A stretch of DNA of 64,000 nucleotides from Eledone cirrhosa (Eukaryota), in the NCBI GenBank assembly GCA_964016885.1, contig OZ024746.1, positions 62,682,001-62,746,000 of the forward strand, written 5' to 3'. Below, piece by piece: positions 1-13,619 of this stretch; the first letter of the stretch is position 1; each line of letters starts with the position of its first letter. The notes below the pieces were generated by a model. The model did not search any database. It had not been told where the DNA came from and worked only from the letters and a program-made list of their open reading frames with translations. Made by a program: the position numbers and the translations under genes.

Positions 1-2575
<2,575 letters not shown>

Positions 2576-2666
2576 TGATGGCTGCCCCCTCGTTATCGAG
2601 TATGGCCATTGCACAATAAAAAAAAAAAAAATAAATAAATAAATAAATAAATAAAATAAAAAAAAA

Positions 2667-2730
<64 letters not shown>

Positions 2731-2809
2731 GCAATAATAATAATAACGACAACAACAATAATAATATACATATTCATATATATATACACACACACGCACG
2801 CACATAAGC

Positions 2810-2847
<38 letters not shown>

Positions 2848-5800
2848 GATAGCAACTAACAGTGCTGCGATCGAATGTGGCTTTTTAGCCCAGCCAATGA
2901 TCCAAAATGTCTTGCACAGAGTCGGCAACCAAAACATTTACTGGGAATAGTCGGCTGTGGTTGGAGTTTGTGTACTTTTGCATGTCGCTTGAGTCCTCCT
3001 GCTGATTTACATTCTCTACCACATGTTTGGCAAGCATGATGAGTAGCATCTCCAACAGCAGCCTGGTAGTCAACCACTGGTCTTACTTTATGACTGCGAA
3101 GATGACTTTCGAGTCCAGCTTTGCTTAGGCAGAGTCTCGCACAGACGCTGCATGTCAGAAACATAGGAGGACCCTCGCCGTCTGGAAGTGCAACAGCAAT
3201 ACCCTTCCTCACGTCCCGCTTTACTTTCTCGTGTGCGATTCGAGATGCCTCAAAGGCAACTTTTCCCTCATATACAGTCTTTCTCCATTTATTACGATCA
3301 GCAGCAATATTTTCCCATGTATCAGCAGAGATGTTAGCGTCTTTCAGAGAGGCCTTCAAGGAATCCTTATACCTCTTTTTTGGTTTATGTGGCGGTCGTT
3401 TTCCTTTAACCAACTCTCCATAGAAGAGTTGTTTTGGTATTCTAGAATCCTTCATCCTGGCAAGGTGACCACTCCAACGGAGTCGCTGCTTAAGCACAAG
3501 AGCTTCTATACTGTCACACATAGAGCTTTCCAAAATCTCGACATCACTGATGTGGTCCCTCCAGTGAACGCCATGTATCCGTCTGAGACACATCTGATGG
3601 AAACGCTCCAATTGCTCAAGGTGGCGTCGATATGTGACCCAGGTCTCGCAGGCATAAAGAAGACAAGAGAGTACACATGCCCTGTACACCTTTACCTTTG
3701 TCCTCCTGCATATGTCTCGCCGACCCCAGAGTCGCCTTTCTAGCTTTCCGAAAGCATCACTTGCTTTCCTAATCCTAAGTGAGATTTCACTGTCAAGGTT
3801 GCCGTATCGATTGACAGTGCTTCCCAGGTAGACAAACTGATCAACCACTCCAAGTCGTTTGCCATACACATAGATGTTTGGTTCAGTGTACTGCCTACCA
3901 GGTGCAGGTTGGTACATGACGACGGTTTTCTTGAGACTGACAGTCAAACCCAGGGCAGTGCAAGCGTCAGAAAATACATTCAAAATGTGCTGCATATCAC
4001 TCTCTGTGTGCGCTACAAGATCGCAATCATCTGCATACAAGAGGTCTCTTATGACTGATGTAAATACTTTTGTCTTCGCAGCAAAGCGCCTGATGTTAAA
4101 TATGCTGCCTGAGGTTCGATATCGGATGTAAACACCATGCTCGCAATTCCTGAATGCAATACAGAAAACCATTGCAAAGTATATGGCAAACAGGGTCGGT
4201 GCTGGAATATCCCCCTGTTTCACTCCATTTTTTACTGAGATAGGCTCCGACATGTTACCTCCGACATTAACCCAAGCCTTCATGTCGTCATGGAAAGACC
4301 TAACTAAAGCAAGGAACTTATCAGGGCAACCAAGTTTCTGGAGAACCTTCCATAATGCATCTCTGTTGACAGTATCGAAAGCCTTTGTCAGATCGACAAA
4401 AACCTGATACAGATCCAAGCCCTGTTCAATGCACTTCTCCTGGAGCTGTCTAGCTGAGAAGATCATATCAGTAGTGCCGCGTCCAACACGAAAACCAGAT
4501 TGACTTTCAGGAAGGACACAATCTGCAATGTGTGTCAGCAGACGGTCCAGAAGCACCCTACATAAAACTTTCCCCACGACAGAAAGCAATGATATACCTC
4601 TGTAGTTCCCACAATCATTCCTGTTACCCTTTCCCTTGTACAAGACCACCATTACTGCATCTCTCCAGTCCTCAGGCACGGATTCATTAGCCCATATCCT
4701 TCCAAACAGAGAGTGAAGATGTTGCAGGAGTCTCTCACCACCATATTGTAGGAGCTCAGCATGTATGCCATCCATACCTGGAGATCTTCCACTGTTCAGC
4801 TTCGAAATAGCCACTGCAACCTCCACAAGTGTCGGAGGCTCTGCGAGAGCTACTTTCACAGGACTTTCCGGAATGAGATTGAGGAAATCTTCACTGACGA
4901 CAGACGGCTGATTCAAAAGATCATCAAAGTGCTCCCGCCACCTTCGTAGAATTCCCTGTGAGTCACGAAGAAGTTCTTTGCCATCCCTGCTGCGAATCGG
5001 TGTCACCAGAGAAGAAGACGGTCCATAAACCTCACGCAAGAGACTGTACAACAGCTTTGTGTTATTGCAATCAGACGCAGTTTGTATCTCACCAGCCTTC
5101 TCACTCCACCACTGATCCTTCATCTGAGAAAGACTCCGCCTAACACGTGATTTTACATCCCTGAGCTCCTCATGCAACGTATTCCTCTCCTGTGGTCTTG
5201 CCGTCAAGTAGCGTGACAGAGCGCGCCTCTTATCAGCCAACAGGTCATCTATATGCACATCCTTCTCATTAAACCAGTCCTGATGTTTTCTCTGCACCAA
5301 TCCCAGAACACGTCTGCCTACATCATAAACCGACTTTTTAAGGGTCGGCCAATCCTCACCAAGATCTGCAGCCTGCATCTCTTCTTCCAATGTCCTCTTC
5401 ACATTTTTATCCTTAAGACGAGCAGCATTCAATCTTTTGGGCAGGGTAACACCAGGAGCCCGGACTTTACGTTTGGTGATTAGATTCACTTTTGCGCGTA
5501 CCAGGCGGTGGTCCGTCCAGCACTCAGCTCCACGAAGAACACGAACACACCGCACATCCTGTCTGTCACGCATCCTGACTAGGACGTAGTCCAAAAGATG
5601 CCATTCCTTAGATGCAGGATGCATCCATGTGGTCTTGAATTTGTTCTTTTGTTGGAACATGGTGTTGGTAACACACAGATCCAGCTCCTCACACATCTGC
5701 AGCAAGAGCATACCATTGCTGTTACACTTTCCCACCCCATGCCTTCCGATTACATTCCATGTGTTAAAATCCCTACCCACTCTAGCATTAAAGTCACCAA

Positions 5801-5993
5801 GCACGATGACCTTGTCTGCCTGAGGGATATTTCTTAAAACACCTTTCAAGGCATGGTAAAAGGACAGTTTTTCTTCATCGACAGAATTCATAGTTGGAGC
5901 ATACACACTCACCAGGGTAGCATATCTTCCCTTGTCCAGCGGAACTCTCATGGACATAAGACGCTCACTAATCCCCACTGGGAATTCTTCCAA
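2576..5993 (-). mobile_element. RTE-clade (BovB-like) non-LTR retrotransposon, family RTE-A, 5'-truncated, young
   Basis: Uninterrupted EN+RT ORF. RTE-type terminal hairpin GCAATGGCCATA-CTCG-ATAA-CGAG-GGGGCAGCCATCATG on minus at 2576-2614. Both flanks are TACA/TA microsatellite, so no TSD can be resolved. Confidence 0.93.
2856..5993 (-). CDS. APE endonuclease-reverse transcriptase polyprotein (N-terminally truncated) with three C-terminal C2H2 zinc fingers
   Basis: APE motifs [30 protein letters not shown] motifs [32 protein letters not shown]. Fingers CSVC..HLRSH, CQTC..HAKVH, CRLC..HIRSQH. Begins at TTG in mid-APE domain with no ATG and lacks the N-terminal WNVR/ETR motifs. Confidence 0.92.
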   Translation of the reverse strand: MEEFPVGISERLMSMRVPLDKGRYATLVSVYAPTMNSVDEEKLSFYHALKGVLRNIPQADKVIVLGDFNARVGRDFNTWNVIGRHGVGKCNSNGMLLLQMCEELDLCVTNTMFQQKNKFKTTWMHPASKEWHLLDYVLVRMRDRQDVRCVRVLRGAECWTDHRLVRAKVNLITKRKVRAPGVTLPKRLNAARLKDKNVKRTLEEEMQAADLGEDWPTLKKSVYDVGRRVLGLVQRKHQDWFNEKDVHIDDLLADKRRALSRYLTARPQERNTLHEELRDVKSRVRRSLSQMKDQWWSEKAGEIQTASDCNNTKLLYSLLREVYGPSSSLVTPIRSRDGKELLRDSQGILRRWREHFDDLLNQPSVVSEDFLNLIPESPVKVALAEPPTLVEVAVAISKLNSGRSPGMDGIHAELLQYGGERLLQHLHSLFGRIWANESVPEDWRDAVMVVLYKGKGNRNDCGNYRGISLLSVVGKVLCRVLLDRLLTHIADCVLPESQSGFRVGRGTTDMIFSARQLQEKCIEQGLDLYQVFVDLTKAFDTVNRDALWKVLQKLGCPDKFLALVRSFHDDMKAWVNVGGNMSEPISVKNGVKQGDIPAPTLFAIYFAMVFCIAFRNCEHGVYIRYRTSGSIFNIRRFAAKTKVFTSVIRDLLYADDCDLVAHTESDMQHILNVFSDACTALGLTVSLKKTVVMYQPAPGRQYTEPNIYVYGKRLGVVDQFVYLGSTVNRYGNLDSEISLRIRKASDAFGKLERRLWGRRDICRRTKVKVYRACVLSCLLYACETWVTYRRHLEQLERFHQMCLRRIHGVHWRDHISDVEILESSMCDSIEALVLKQRLRWSGHLARMKDSRIPKQLFYGELVKGKRPPHKPKKRYKDSLKASLKDANISADTWENIAADRNKWRKTVYEGKVAFEASRIAHEKVKRDVRKGIAVALPDGEGPPMFLTCSVCARLCLSKAGLESHLRSHKVRPVVDYQAAVGDATHHACQTCGRECKSAGGLKRHAKVHKLQPQPTIPSKCFGCRLCARHFGSLAGLKSHIRSQHC

Positions 5994-6090
5994 TTTACAA
6001 CAACAACAACAACAGCGGCATCAAAACATAAAAAAAAGGAAGGGAAAAGAAAAAAGAAAAGGGAAGGGGAAAAAAAAAAAAAAAAAAAAA

Positions 6091-6093
6091 ATA

Positions 6094-6129
<36 letters not shown>

Positions 6130-6260
6130 CATACATACATATATATACATACATACATATATATATACATACATACATATATATATATACATACATACAT
6201 ACATACATATATACATACATACATATATACATACATACATATATACATACATACATATAT

Positions 6261-6309
<49 letters not shown>

Positions 6310-6314
6310 CATAC

Positions 6315-6345
<31 letters not shown>

Positions 6346-6536
6346 CATACATACATATATATATATACATACATATATATATATATACATACATACATAT
6401 ATAGATATATATATACATACATACATACATATATACATACATATATACATACATATACATACATACATACATATATACATATATACACACACATACACAC
6501 ATACATACATACATACATACATACATACATACATAC
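6091..6536. repeat. (TACA)n/(TA)n microsatellite
   Basis: Directly visible; same composition as the array on the other side of RTE-A. Confidence 0.95.
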
Positions 6537-7587
6537 AGAGATAAAAATATTGGAACAGCCTTTTTCTTCTAAGTTATTTGCATTGATTACATTTTACAGT
6601 ATAGATGAAGGGAAGAAGACAAAAGGGGCCAGTTCAAAGGGAATCATCACCCAAGAGTTTTAAGCAGCTACATTTCATGAGGAGACATATTTATCTAACA
6701 CACTCACTTCACACATGTATGGGTCATATATTGGGTCGTCAATTATGAAATTTGTAAAAATGTTTTTTTTTCCTCCAGATTTCATACTTGACGACCCAAT
6801 ATATTTATGTAGAGAGAAAGAAAGAGAGAATCAGACATACACACTGACAGTATACTCGTGTGTGTACGTGTGTACAGAGAGAGAGGGTGGTGAATTAGAC
6901 ACCGTGTATAGAAACAGACAAATAGGCAGTCATACATGTAGACAGAGACAGGCAGATGCCCACACGTACATAGACAAATATCCCACTGTTCACCACCTTA
7001 GGCAAGTATCTTCTATTACAGTCTCAATTCAACAAACCTTGTGAGTAAAATTGGATAAACAAACTATGTGGAATCTGTCAGATAAACTATATATGTATTT
7101 CAAAGAGCTGGTTTTGTCATACATTAGGGCATGCTGATTCTGCTTCCAAATTGTATTATGGGTACAAGCAGCCATGGAATACTCAACCATTTATAAAATT
7201 TTGTAGCAGAGATTCATTAAGTCCAGTACTTGACTGTTCCTTGTTTTATTCTCTCTGGTGTTAAAGAAGGGCATCCAGCTGTAAAAACCCTGGTCAAATT
7301 TACAGTCCCATCAGAACAAGGTATGGTGTGGCCAATCCTGGCTAGACTTGTCTCTTGATACGAACGACCCATCTCACCCACACAAGCATAGAAAAATGGA
7401 CGTTAAATTGGTAATGATGACGATTATGTGGGAGGATAAGAAGTTCCAGCAGGATTTCTACTGTACAAAGACAAAAACCAATGACAAGCTGTCCAGTCAT
7501 AACCTCACCAATAATAGGAGTTACATACTGTGTATACTTGGTGAAATTTTCACCAACTTCAAAATTCTACGTGAAGTGCTAAAATAT

Positions 7588-7706
7588 TTTCGCTTTGGAA
7601 GTGAATATTACACCAGTTTCACTTTGAAGCTGAATATTGCACCAGTTTTATTTTGGAGTGAATATTACATTGGTTTCACTTTGAAAGTAAATATTTCACT
7701 GGTTTC
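7588..7706. repeat. 28-29 bp minisatellite, about 4 copies
   Basis: Unit approximately TTTCACTTTGGAAGTGAATATTACACCAG with substitutions. Confidence 0.75.
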
Positions 7707-7748
7707 AAAACAGTTGGAAATTAGTAAAACACTTTGATATATATATAA

Positions 7749-8136
7749 TCATCATCATCATCATCATTTTACGTCTGCCTTTCCCTGCTTGCAAGGGTGG
7801 GACGGGAACTGATTCTGGCTTGATTTCTACAGCTGGATGCCCTTCCTAACACCAACCTCATTTACAGTGAGTGCTGGGTGCTTTTTTCTGTGGCGCCTAC
7901 ATGTCCACTTTACAGTGTGGGCTGGGTGCTTTAATGCCGTGGCACCTTCACGACCACTTTGCAGTGGAATGATAGGGACCCCAGTCCTATCATCTCATTT
8001 CTACAGCTGAGTAAACTGGAGCAATGTGAAATAAAGTGTCTTTCTCAAGGAAACAACACATCACCCGGTCTGAGAATTGAACTCACACCCTTTCGATTGC
8101 AAGGCCAATGCTCTAATCACTAAGCCATGTGCCTCC
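7749..8136 (-). mobile_element. tRNA-head SINE (SINE-A) with RTE-B-like 3' half and (ATG)n tail
   Basis: Head GGAGGCACATGGCTTAGTG (A box) and GAGTTCAATTC (B box); core CCTTGAG.AAGACACTTTATTTCACATTGCTCCAG; 3' part matches the RTE-B 3' UTR; (TA)n on both sides. Confidence 0.88.
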
Positions 8137-8392
8137 ATATATATATATATCATCATCACCAGAGAGAGAAAGAGAGAGAGAGAGAGAAAATAAACTCCAG
8201 AGAGAAGAAAATTATGCATCATATTTGTAAATTGTGGCTGATGTTTGGCTTACTTTATTCCAATAACAATACAAAAACTACTAAATAAAACAAACACACC
8301 AAGTCAAAATGATAGATTCTGTAGAAGAATTAAATGACTTCTGCGATTTCCTTGGATCCAGTAAGAATGTCAACAATAGTAAGAGGAATAAT

Positions 8393-8427
<35 letters not shown>

Positions 8428-8540
8428 GTAATAATAATAAATTTGAAGACTAAAATCCAAAGAGGGCTCGTTAAGATCCCGTTAAGGGTGAAAGCAGCGA
8501 TTCTTTGCTTAAACTTTAATCTGTTATTTTAATAAATATA
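8428..8540. repeat. Unclassified TA-associated repeat, internally inverted copy (other copies 23877-24022 and 39695-39809)
   Basis: GAAGACTAAAATCC.AAGAGGGCTCG matches 39711+ and the reverse complement of 23983-24008. GATCC.GTTAAGG.TGAAAGCAG.GATTCTTTGCTTAAA matches 23877+ in the same orientation, so the two halves here are inverted relative to the 23877 copy. Confidence 0.7.
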
Positions 8541-8551
8541 TATATATATAT

Positions 8552-8824
8552 ATTAAAGAGTTAAACAAGATTCAATGAGTACATCAAAGAATGAGTTTTA
8601 CAGTAGATTGGAAGCACTCTACAGAAAATATTTTCCAGAGCTATTAATATTAAATTCAAATATTAACAAAATAGATGTTCTTGTGATCAATTAAATTTTA
8701 TTATACATATTTCAGAGGTACTTGAATCTGATGAGGACATACTGTTGAACTTGATTCAAGTACCTCTGAAATATGTATAATAAAATTTAATTGATCACAA
8801 GAACATCTATTTTGTTAATATTTG

Positions 8825-8829
<5 letters not shown>
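8552..8829. repeat. Fold-back insert in (TA)n: perfect 77-bp inverted repeat with a hammerhead core spanning loop and right arm
   Basis: Arms 8652-8728 and 8753-8829, 24-nt spacer; CTGATGA at 8728, GAAA at 8768. Confidence 0.85.
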
Positions 8830-8896
<67 letters not shown>

Positions 8897-9324
8897 TCAG
8901 TAAGAAAGAATATACAACTTGAGAGAATCGTGTATCAATTTCTTTTTTGTTGTGTGTTTTGTTTTGTTTTATGGGTTGTGTTTTTTTTTTTTTTTGGGGG
9001 GGGGGGTCATGCTGACAATAATGCAGACAAGCTGTGCACTCACGCGTCATGCACTACCAAATTAGATGTATATATTAAAGAATACAAATAAATATATCAA
9101 GTTCAAACACTTTTACATCCATCTTTCCCTGTTAAGATGGGTGAGATATCTTTATTAGTGCAGATGGGGGAGAGGGAGGTTTCCTTTTTACTTCTGGATG
9201 ACTTAGCTGTTGGAATTGGTTTGTCAAATCTAGTAAAAATGGTGAGAAAAAAATTGTCTAGTAAGATTTGAACCTAGTACCACAAGCTCAGTAGTCAGTA
9301 ACTTAACATCAAACATTTTACCTC

Positions 9325-9552
9325 TTAACCCTTTACCATTTACATTACTCTATATTTACTATTGTATTTTCACGCTAAACACTTTATTTCATATAATTAT
9401 CTGACATAATAGAGAATTTACAAGATTTTGATATTATTTATTTTGAGAACAATACCTTAACATAAGTATGAGCAGCTGGTTACAGCTAATTTGAATAGAA
9501 AGAAGTAAGAGAATCTGGCTGGATTTAGCTTGTTTAAATGCTAAAGGCTTAA
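9325..9552 (+). mobile_element. piggyBac-type MITE family 1 (~225 bp)
   Basis: Family consensus TTAA-CCCTTTAGCATTTA ... TAAATGCTAAAGGG-TTAA; 9 copies recognised in the window. Confidence 0.85.
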
Positions 9553-9975
9553 AACTTTCATTTCCATATTTCAAATTAATTTGAAAATCAAGAATTTTGA
9601 GAAATTTACTAATATAACTTTCTGGATTGGCATTATTGGTTAGGCATTATTGCTTTGTAGCATAGAGTTACAGTCCTTTATGTTCTGAGTTCAAATTTTG
9701 CCACGGTTGGCTTTGCCTTTCATCCTTACAGGGTCGATAAAATAAAGCACCAGTAACACACCGTTGCCGATTTAATCAAATTTCCCCTCCTCCAAAATTG
9801 CTGGCCTTGTGCCTAAATCAGAAACCATTATTTATTAGTCTGGTGTTTGGAACATAAAGGTACTAACATACAATTATGATGGAAGGTTTTTAGATAAATT
9901 ATAAACACTTTAAATGAAATAGCTTTGACTATGGAACTAGGAGCTATTTTAAGTGGGTTGGTATCAAAACTGTTG
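9549..9975 (+). mobile_element. piggyBac-type MITE family 2 (diverged) interrupted by SINE-B (~9622-9831)
   Basis: Matches the copies at 21987, 34439 and 36023 (GGTGTTTGGAACATAA, AATTATGATGGAAGGTTTT, GGTTGGTATCAAAA). SINE-B B box GAGTTCAAAT and core lie inside. Confidence 0.7.
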
Positions 9976-10629
9976 AACAGATCTGGGCAAATCATCATCA
10001 TCATCACCGTTTAACGTCTATTTTTCCATGCTTGCATAGATTAAACGGGGCGTCCACAGAACTGTATTTAGGCTGGGATTTTTACAGCTGGATGCCCTTC
10101 CTAACAGAAATCATGTTTACAGCTGTATGATTTATGATAGAAATGTAGTTCCTATCATTAAAAAAACAAAGTAACTTCCGATCAGATTTCTACCAGAATG
10201 TTTAAAATGACAATGAATCTAGTCTGGTGTTTTAAAAGAAAATGCCAATTATTGCTCCAGTGTTCATCTTTTGCTAAGCCACTGTAGGCTCAGAAATCCA
10301 ATACAAAATAATGCATATGAACCAATTAAAATAGTGGAAATTGCTCAAAGATTGTGCAAGCCAAAAATTGATAAGGAAAACAAAGAATTTTTGTATGCAA
10401 CAAACATCGCAAAATTTCATGAAGTCTGTAGGGTGGATATGACCAGCATGCTATAGTTTTCCAACTCCAATTATAAGTGGATAATGTTATTCAAATAGAC
10501 TGCTGGATATAACACCAGCCATAAGGTATTTGATCATGTCCCTTTCGAATTCTGAGTTTAAATCCTGCTAGAATCATTTCTGGCCAAAATTAACGTAGTA
10601 TATAGCAACATATAAAGTTGAATATTTCA

Positions 10630-10858
10630 TTAACCCTTTAGAATTTAAAGTGGTCATATCTGGCCAGAATTCTCTCACCTTTTTCTGTTCAAACTGGTCA
10701 TAACTTGTCCCTCATACCGACTTTAAGGTATTGTTCTCAAAATAAATAATATCAAAATCTCATAAATTCGATATTATGCAAGATATTATGTAAGGTAAAG
10801 CTTTTACTGTGAAAAGCCCAATAGTAAATATAGAGTAATGTAAATGCTAAAGGGTTCA
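10630..10858 (-). mobile_element. piggyBac-type MITE family 1
   Basis: TTAACCCTTTAG...TAAATGCTAAAGGGTT; interior is the reverse complement of the 9325 copy. Confidence 0.85.
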
Positions 10859-11563
10859 ACCTACTCCAAAATCTTTATATTAAAAATTATTTGAAACACA
10901 TAAGCAATCTACTCGAGATGTGATTTGGAGCAGGCTGGTATGAAAAGGATTAACAATATTCTAAAATAAAAGAAGGTAGAGTGGACTCAACACAATACTA
11001 TATTAGTAAATCAGAACTTTAAGCAAACATACATACAGTGAACATCTGGAGTTAAAAAGTAAAGATTTTAACCATTTAGCCCCACCACCACCACTTAGGA
11101 ATCTCTTCACAGCACACACACCAGTGACATTTAATTTTTCAAACAAGAAAGTGAAATTTGAGATTACACACATATATATATATATAGGCATGAACACACA
11201 ATCACATAAATATATATATAACATATCTACCTTGAAATGGCTTCTATTTTCCACTAGATATGGAGGAAATATGTCTAAATTTAATCAAATTCAGTACTGA
11301 GAGGTTTCTATTTGCAAATATACACTCAAACACACATATGTATGTATGTATACATACACACACATATACACATACATACACACACACACACACGTACATG
11401 TGTGTGTGTGTGCAAGCATATACATTACTGTACACACACACACACAGAGAAAGACATGCAAATACATACACAGCAAAAGCCACAGCTACACTATTAGACT
11501 CAGTCAGCTATATTTTACATAGTGAAGAGCATCCAAATATAAAAACTAAGTCCTGTCCTTTCC

Positions 11564-11789
11564 TTAACCCTTTAACATTTACATTACTCTATATATACTA
11601 TCATATCTTCACGGTAAAGGCTTTACCTCACGTAATTATCTCACATAAAATTGAATCTATGAGATTTTGATATTTATTTTGAGAACAATACCTTAAAGTA
11701 AGTATAAGTGGCTGATTACAACTGGTTTGAACAGAAAGAGGTAAGAGAATTTTGGCCGGATATGGCCGGTTTAAATGCTAGAAAATTAA
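11564..11789 (+). mobile_element. piggyBac-type MITE family 1
   Basis: TTAACCCTTTAACATTTACATTACTCTAT ... GGCCGGATATGGCCGGTTTAAATGCTA..TTAA. Confidence 0.85.
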
Positions 11790-12819
11790 CCCTGAAGGGG
11801 AAGTTGTTCCTGTTGACAGTGAGAAGGGCAGATGCATGCAAATTATATATCCACACAGAGTTGTGTCTGTGAAGATAGTAGTAACTTCATAGTATGGTAA
11901 ACTTATTTAGACATAGACATTCCATTATATCTGCTGAACAGAAGCAATTCTAAATCATAACTATATTTTTTTTTCCTTAAATTTTACCTTGCATTATGGG
12001 AAGACAAATATCACTAATATTGTGCAACCCACGGACTTTCTCCAAGAGGAAGTGGAGAAGGATGTACTGCCTTCCAGTAAAATTATTGAATGGTGGATCA
12101 ACTATATTTCATTCATTTGGTTGTCAATAAAATAATGTACCAGTCAAATACCTGTCCTCTACCAATAGAGGACAAATTTGGGTAGAGGGGACAATAACTG
12201 TCCCCTCTACCTAAATTTCTATCTTTGTTCCTAAGTCAGAGACTGTTGTATTGTTATATTTTTATAACAAATTAGAAAATGTGAGATCTCTGAGTCAAAG
12301 CAACAGGACTACATAAACACAATATCAAATCTAGAGCACAACCAATAAACACAGCAAATACAACAATTATTAACTAATACAACAGACTACAATCAATTTA
12401 TGACAATTAATCTTCTTCAATTTGTGAACATTTCTTTATACCACCTGCAATTCTTTTACTTCTTCACAACCCTGCACCACTTAAATCTACAGTCAAAAAT
12501 ATTTCTTTGCAGATTCTATGTATTATATTCTTCATTATCCTCATTATTACCATATCATTCAGTCATCATTACACTTGTATCATGTATCTAAACAAATTAG
12601 GAGCCATAACAGCTCCATGAGGGATCCTCAGAAGTTGTTATGCTAGTCGGAGATTTTCCTTTTGTTTGAATTTGTTCAGGTATTTTGTTTCTCATATCAC
12701 ACCTTTTCACCCTCACTCCACACATACACTGTATTGTCCTGTTCCATTCTTAATGTTTTCTTCAGGTCTCCCCCTTTTGTGGCTAATAAAGAAATTAATA
12801 ATATTACTTTGTCATACGG

Positions 12820-13095
12820 TGTAGGTTATTATTAATACACTGAAGTATGAAGTTATGTGTCATGTCAGAACTTTCCTTAAAATGTGTGTATTACATAGCA
12901 AGGCTGACTTTTGTATGACATCAATTTTGCATCGTGTTTCCAACTGCTTTAAGAAGTTTGGGAGCTTCAGTGAGATTGATTGACTCTAATGCCCCGATTA
13001 CAACTGGTATCACTTTTTTCACATTACCTTCTTACATTCCAAACAATCTTGCCAACTACACTTTCAATTCGGAATACTTGGTGATTTCCTCAATT
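12820..13095 (-). mobile_element. R4/Dong-like non-LTR (restriction-like endonuclease) 3' fragment, decayed
   Basis: Minus translation with stops/frameshifts: IEEITKYSELKV*LARL..KVIPVVIGAL..IDVIQKSALLCNTHILRKVLT*, followed by TAATAATAA. Confidence 0.75.
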
Positions 13096-13290
13096 TTATT
13101 ATTATTATTAGTATTATTGTGCGCGTTATCGCTGCATTACCAAGTGCAACTCTGAGTGCCTTGGGTATGTGCAATGTGGTTTTTGGTGGTCTTTATTCTA
13201 TTCTATTGAGAGTACTCTTCGTAATATATGTGTGGTGCCTAGTAGTGCTATTTTTTGTATGTTTTATATATTTGTGAGTCCTGGAGTTTT
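13096..13290 (-). mobile_element. Second R4/Dong-like 3' end with 3' UTR and (TAA)n tail
   Basis: PGLTNI*NIQKIALLGTTHILRRVLSIE* on minus; tail AATAATACTAATAATAATAATAA at ~13096-13118. Confidence 0.75.
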
Positions 13291-13349
13291 GGTTATATAT
13301 TATTATAGTTGTTGTAAAAACACCCACCCACACACTCACAAAATGGATT

Positions 13350-13619
13350 CTAATTGATATTTCAGTCCTTCATGATCACAATGTGGCTCAAAAGGACATG
13401 GAAAAGACGAATATGTATGCAGACCTTGCAAGCACCATTACAACCGAGCACCATGTAGAGACAGAAGTCCTGATAATCATCATTAGGGCACTAGGCACTG
13501 TCCTTAGACACCTTACATCTTTCATCAAAAGCCTTGGGATTCCTGACTTTATAAGCATTGCCCAAATTTCTACCATCACTAGTATTGTCAGAACTATGCA
13601 TGATATATTGAGCCTCTGA
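13350..13619 (+). mobile_element. Third R4/Dong-like RLE C-terminal fragment
   Basis: LIDISVLHDHNVAQKDMEKTNMYADL..TEVLIIIIRALGTV..LGIPD..MHDILSL* fits the RLE pattern LID..P.D.N...KE.EK..KY.DL..PIVIGALG. Confidence 0.7.

Noticed and set aside
3121-5837. Plus-strand ORFs over RTE-A (and 54263, 54749 over RTE-B)
   Set aside because: Antisense shadows of the RT ORFs with no motifs of their own.
5853-6663. Long ORFs rich in Y/I/H/T or M/Y/V/C (also 2593, 11260, 28813, 38056, 39016)
   Set aside because: Translations of stop-free microsatellites.
10271-10456. 61-aa ORF with protein-like composition
   Set aside because: No ATG, no convincing donor, no recognisable motif.
11988-12110. Exon candidate
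   Set aside because: Open on both strands, weak splice sites, runs into a SINE remnant.
12600-12795. Possible L1/Tx1-like 3' UTR ending in AATAAA
   Set aside because: Single copy in the window with no coding remnant; cannot be supported without a search.
13383-13619. Small host protein (78 aa ORF)
   Set aside because: Fits a decayed RLE retrotransposon C-terminus.
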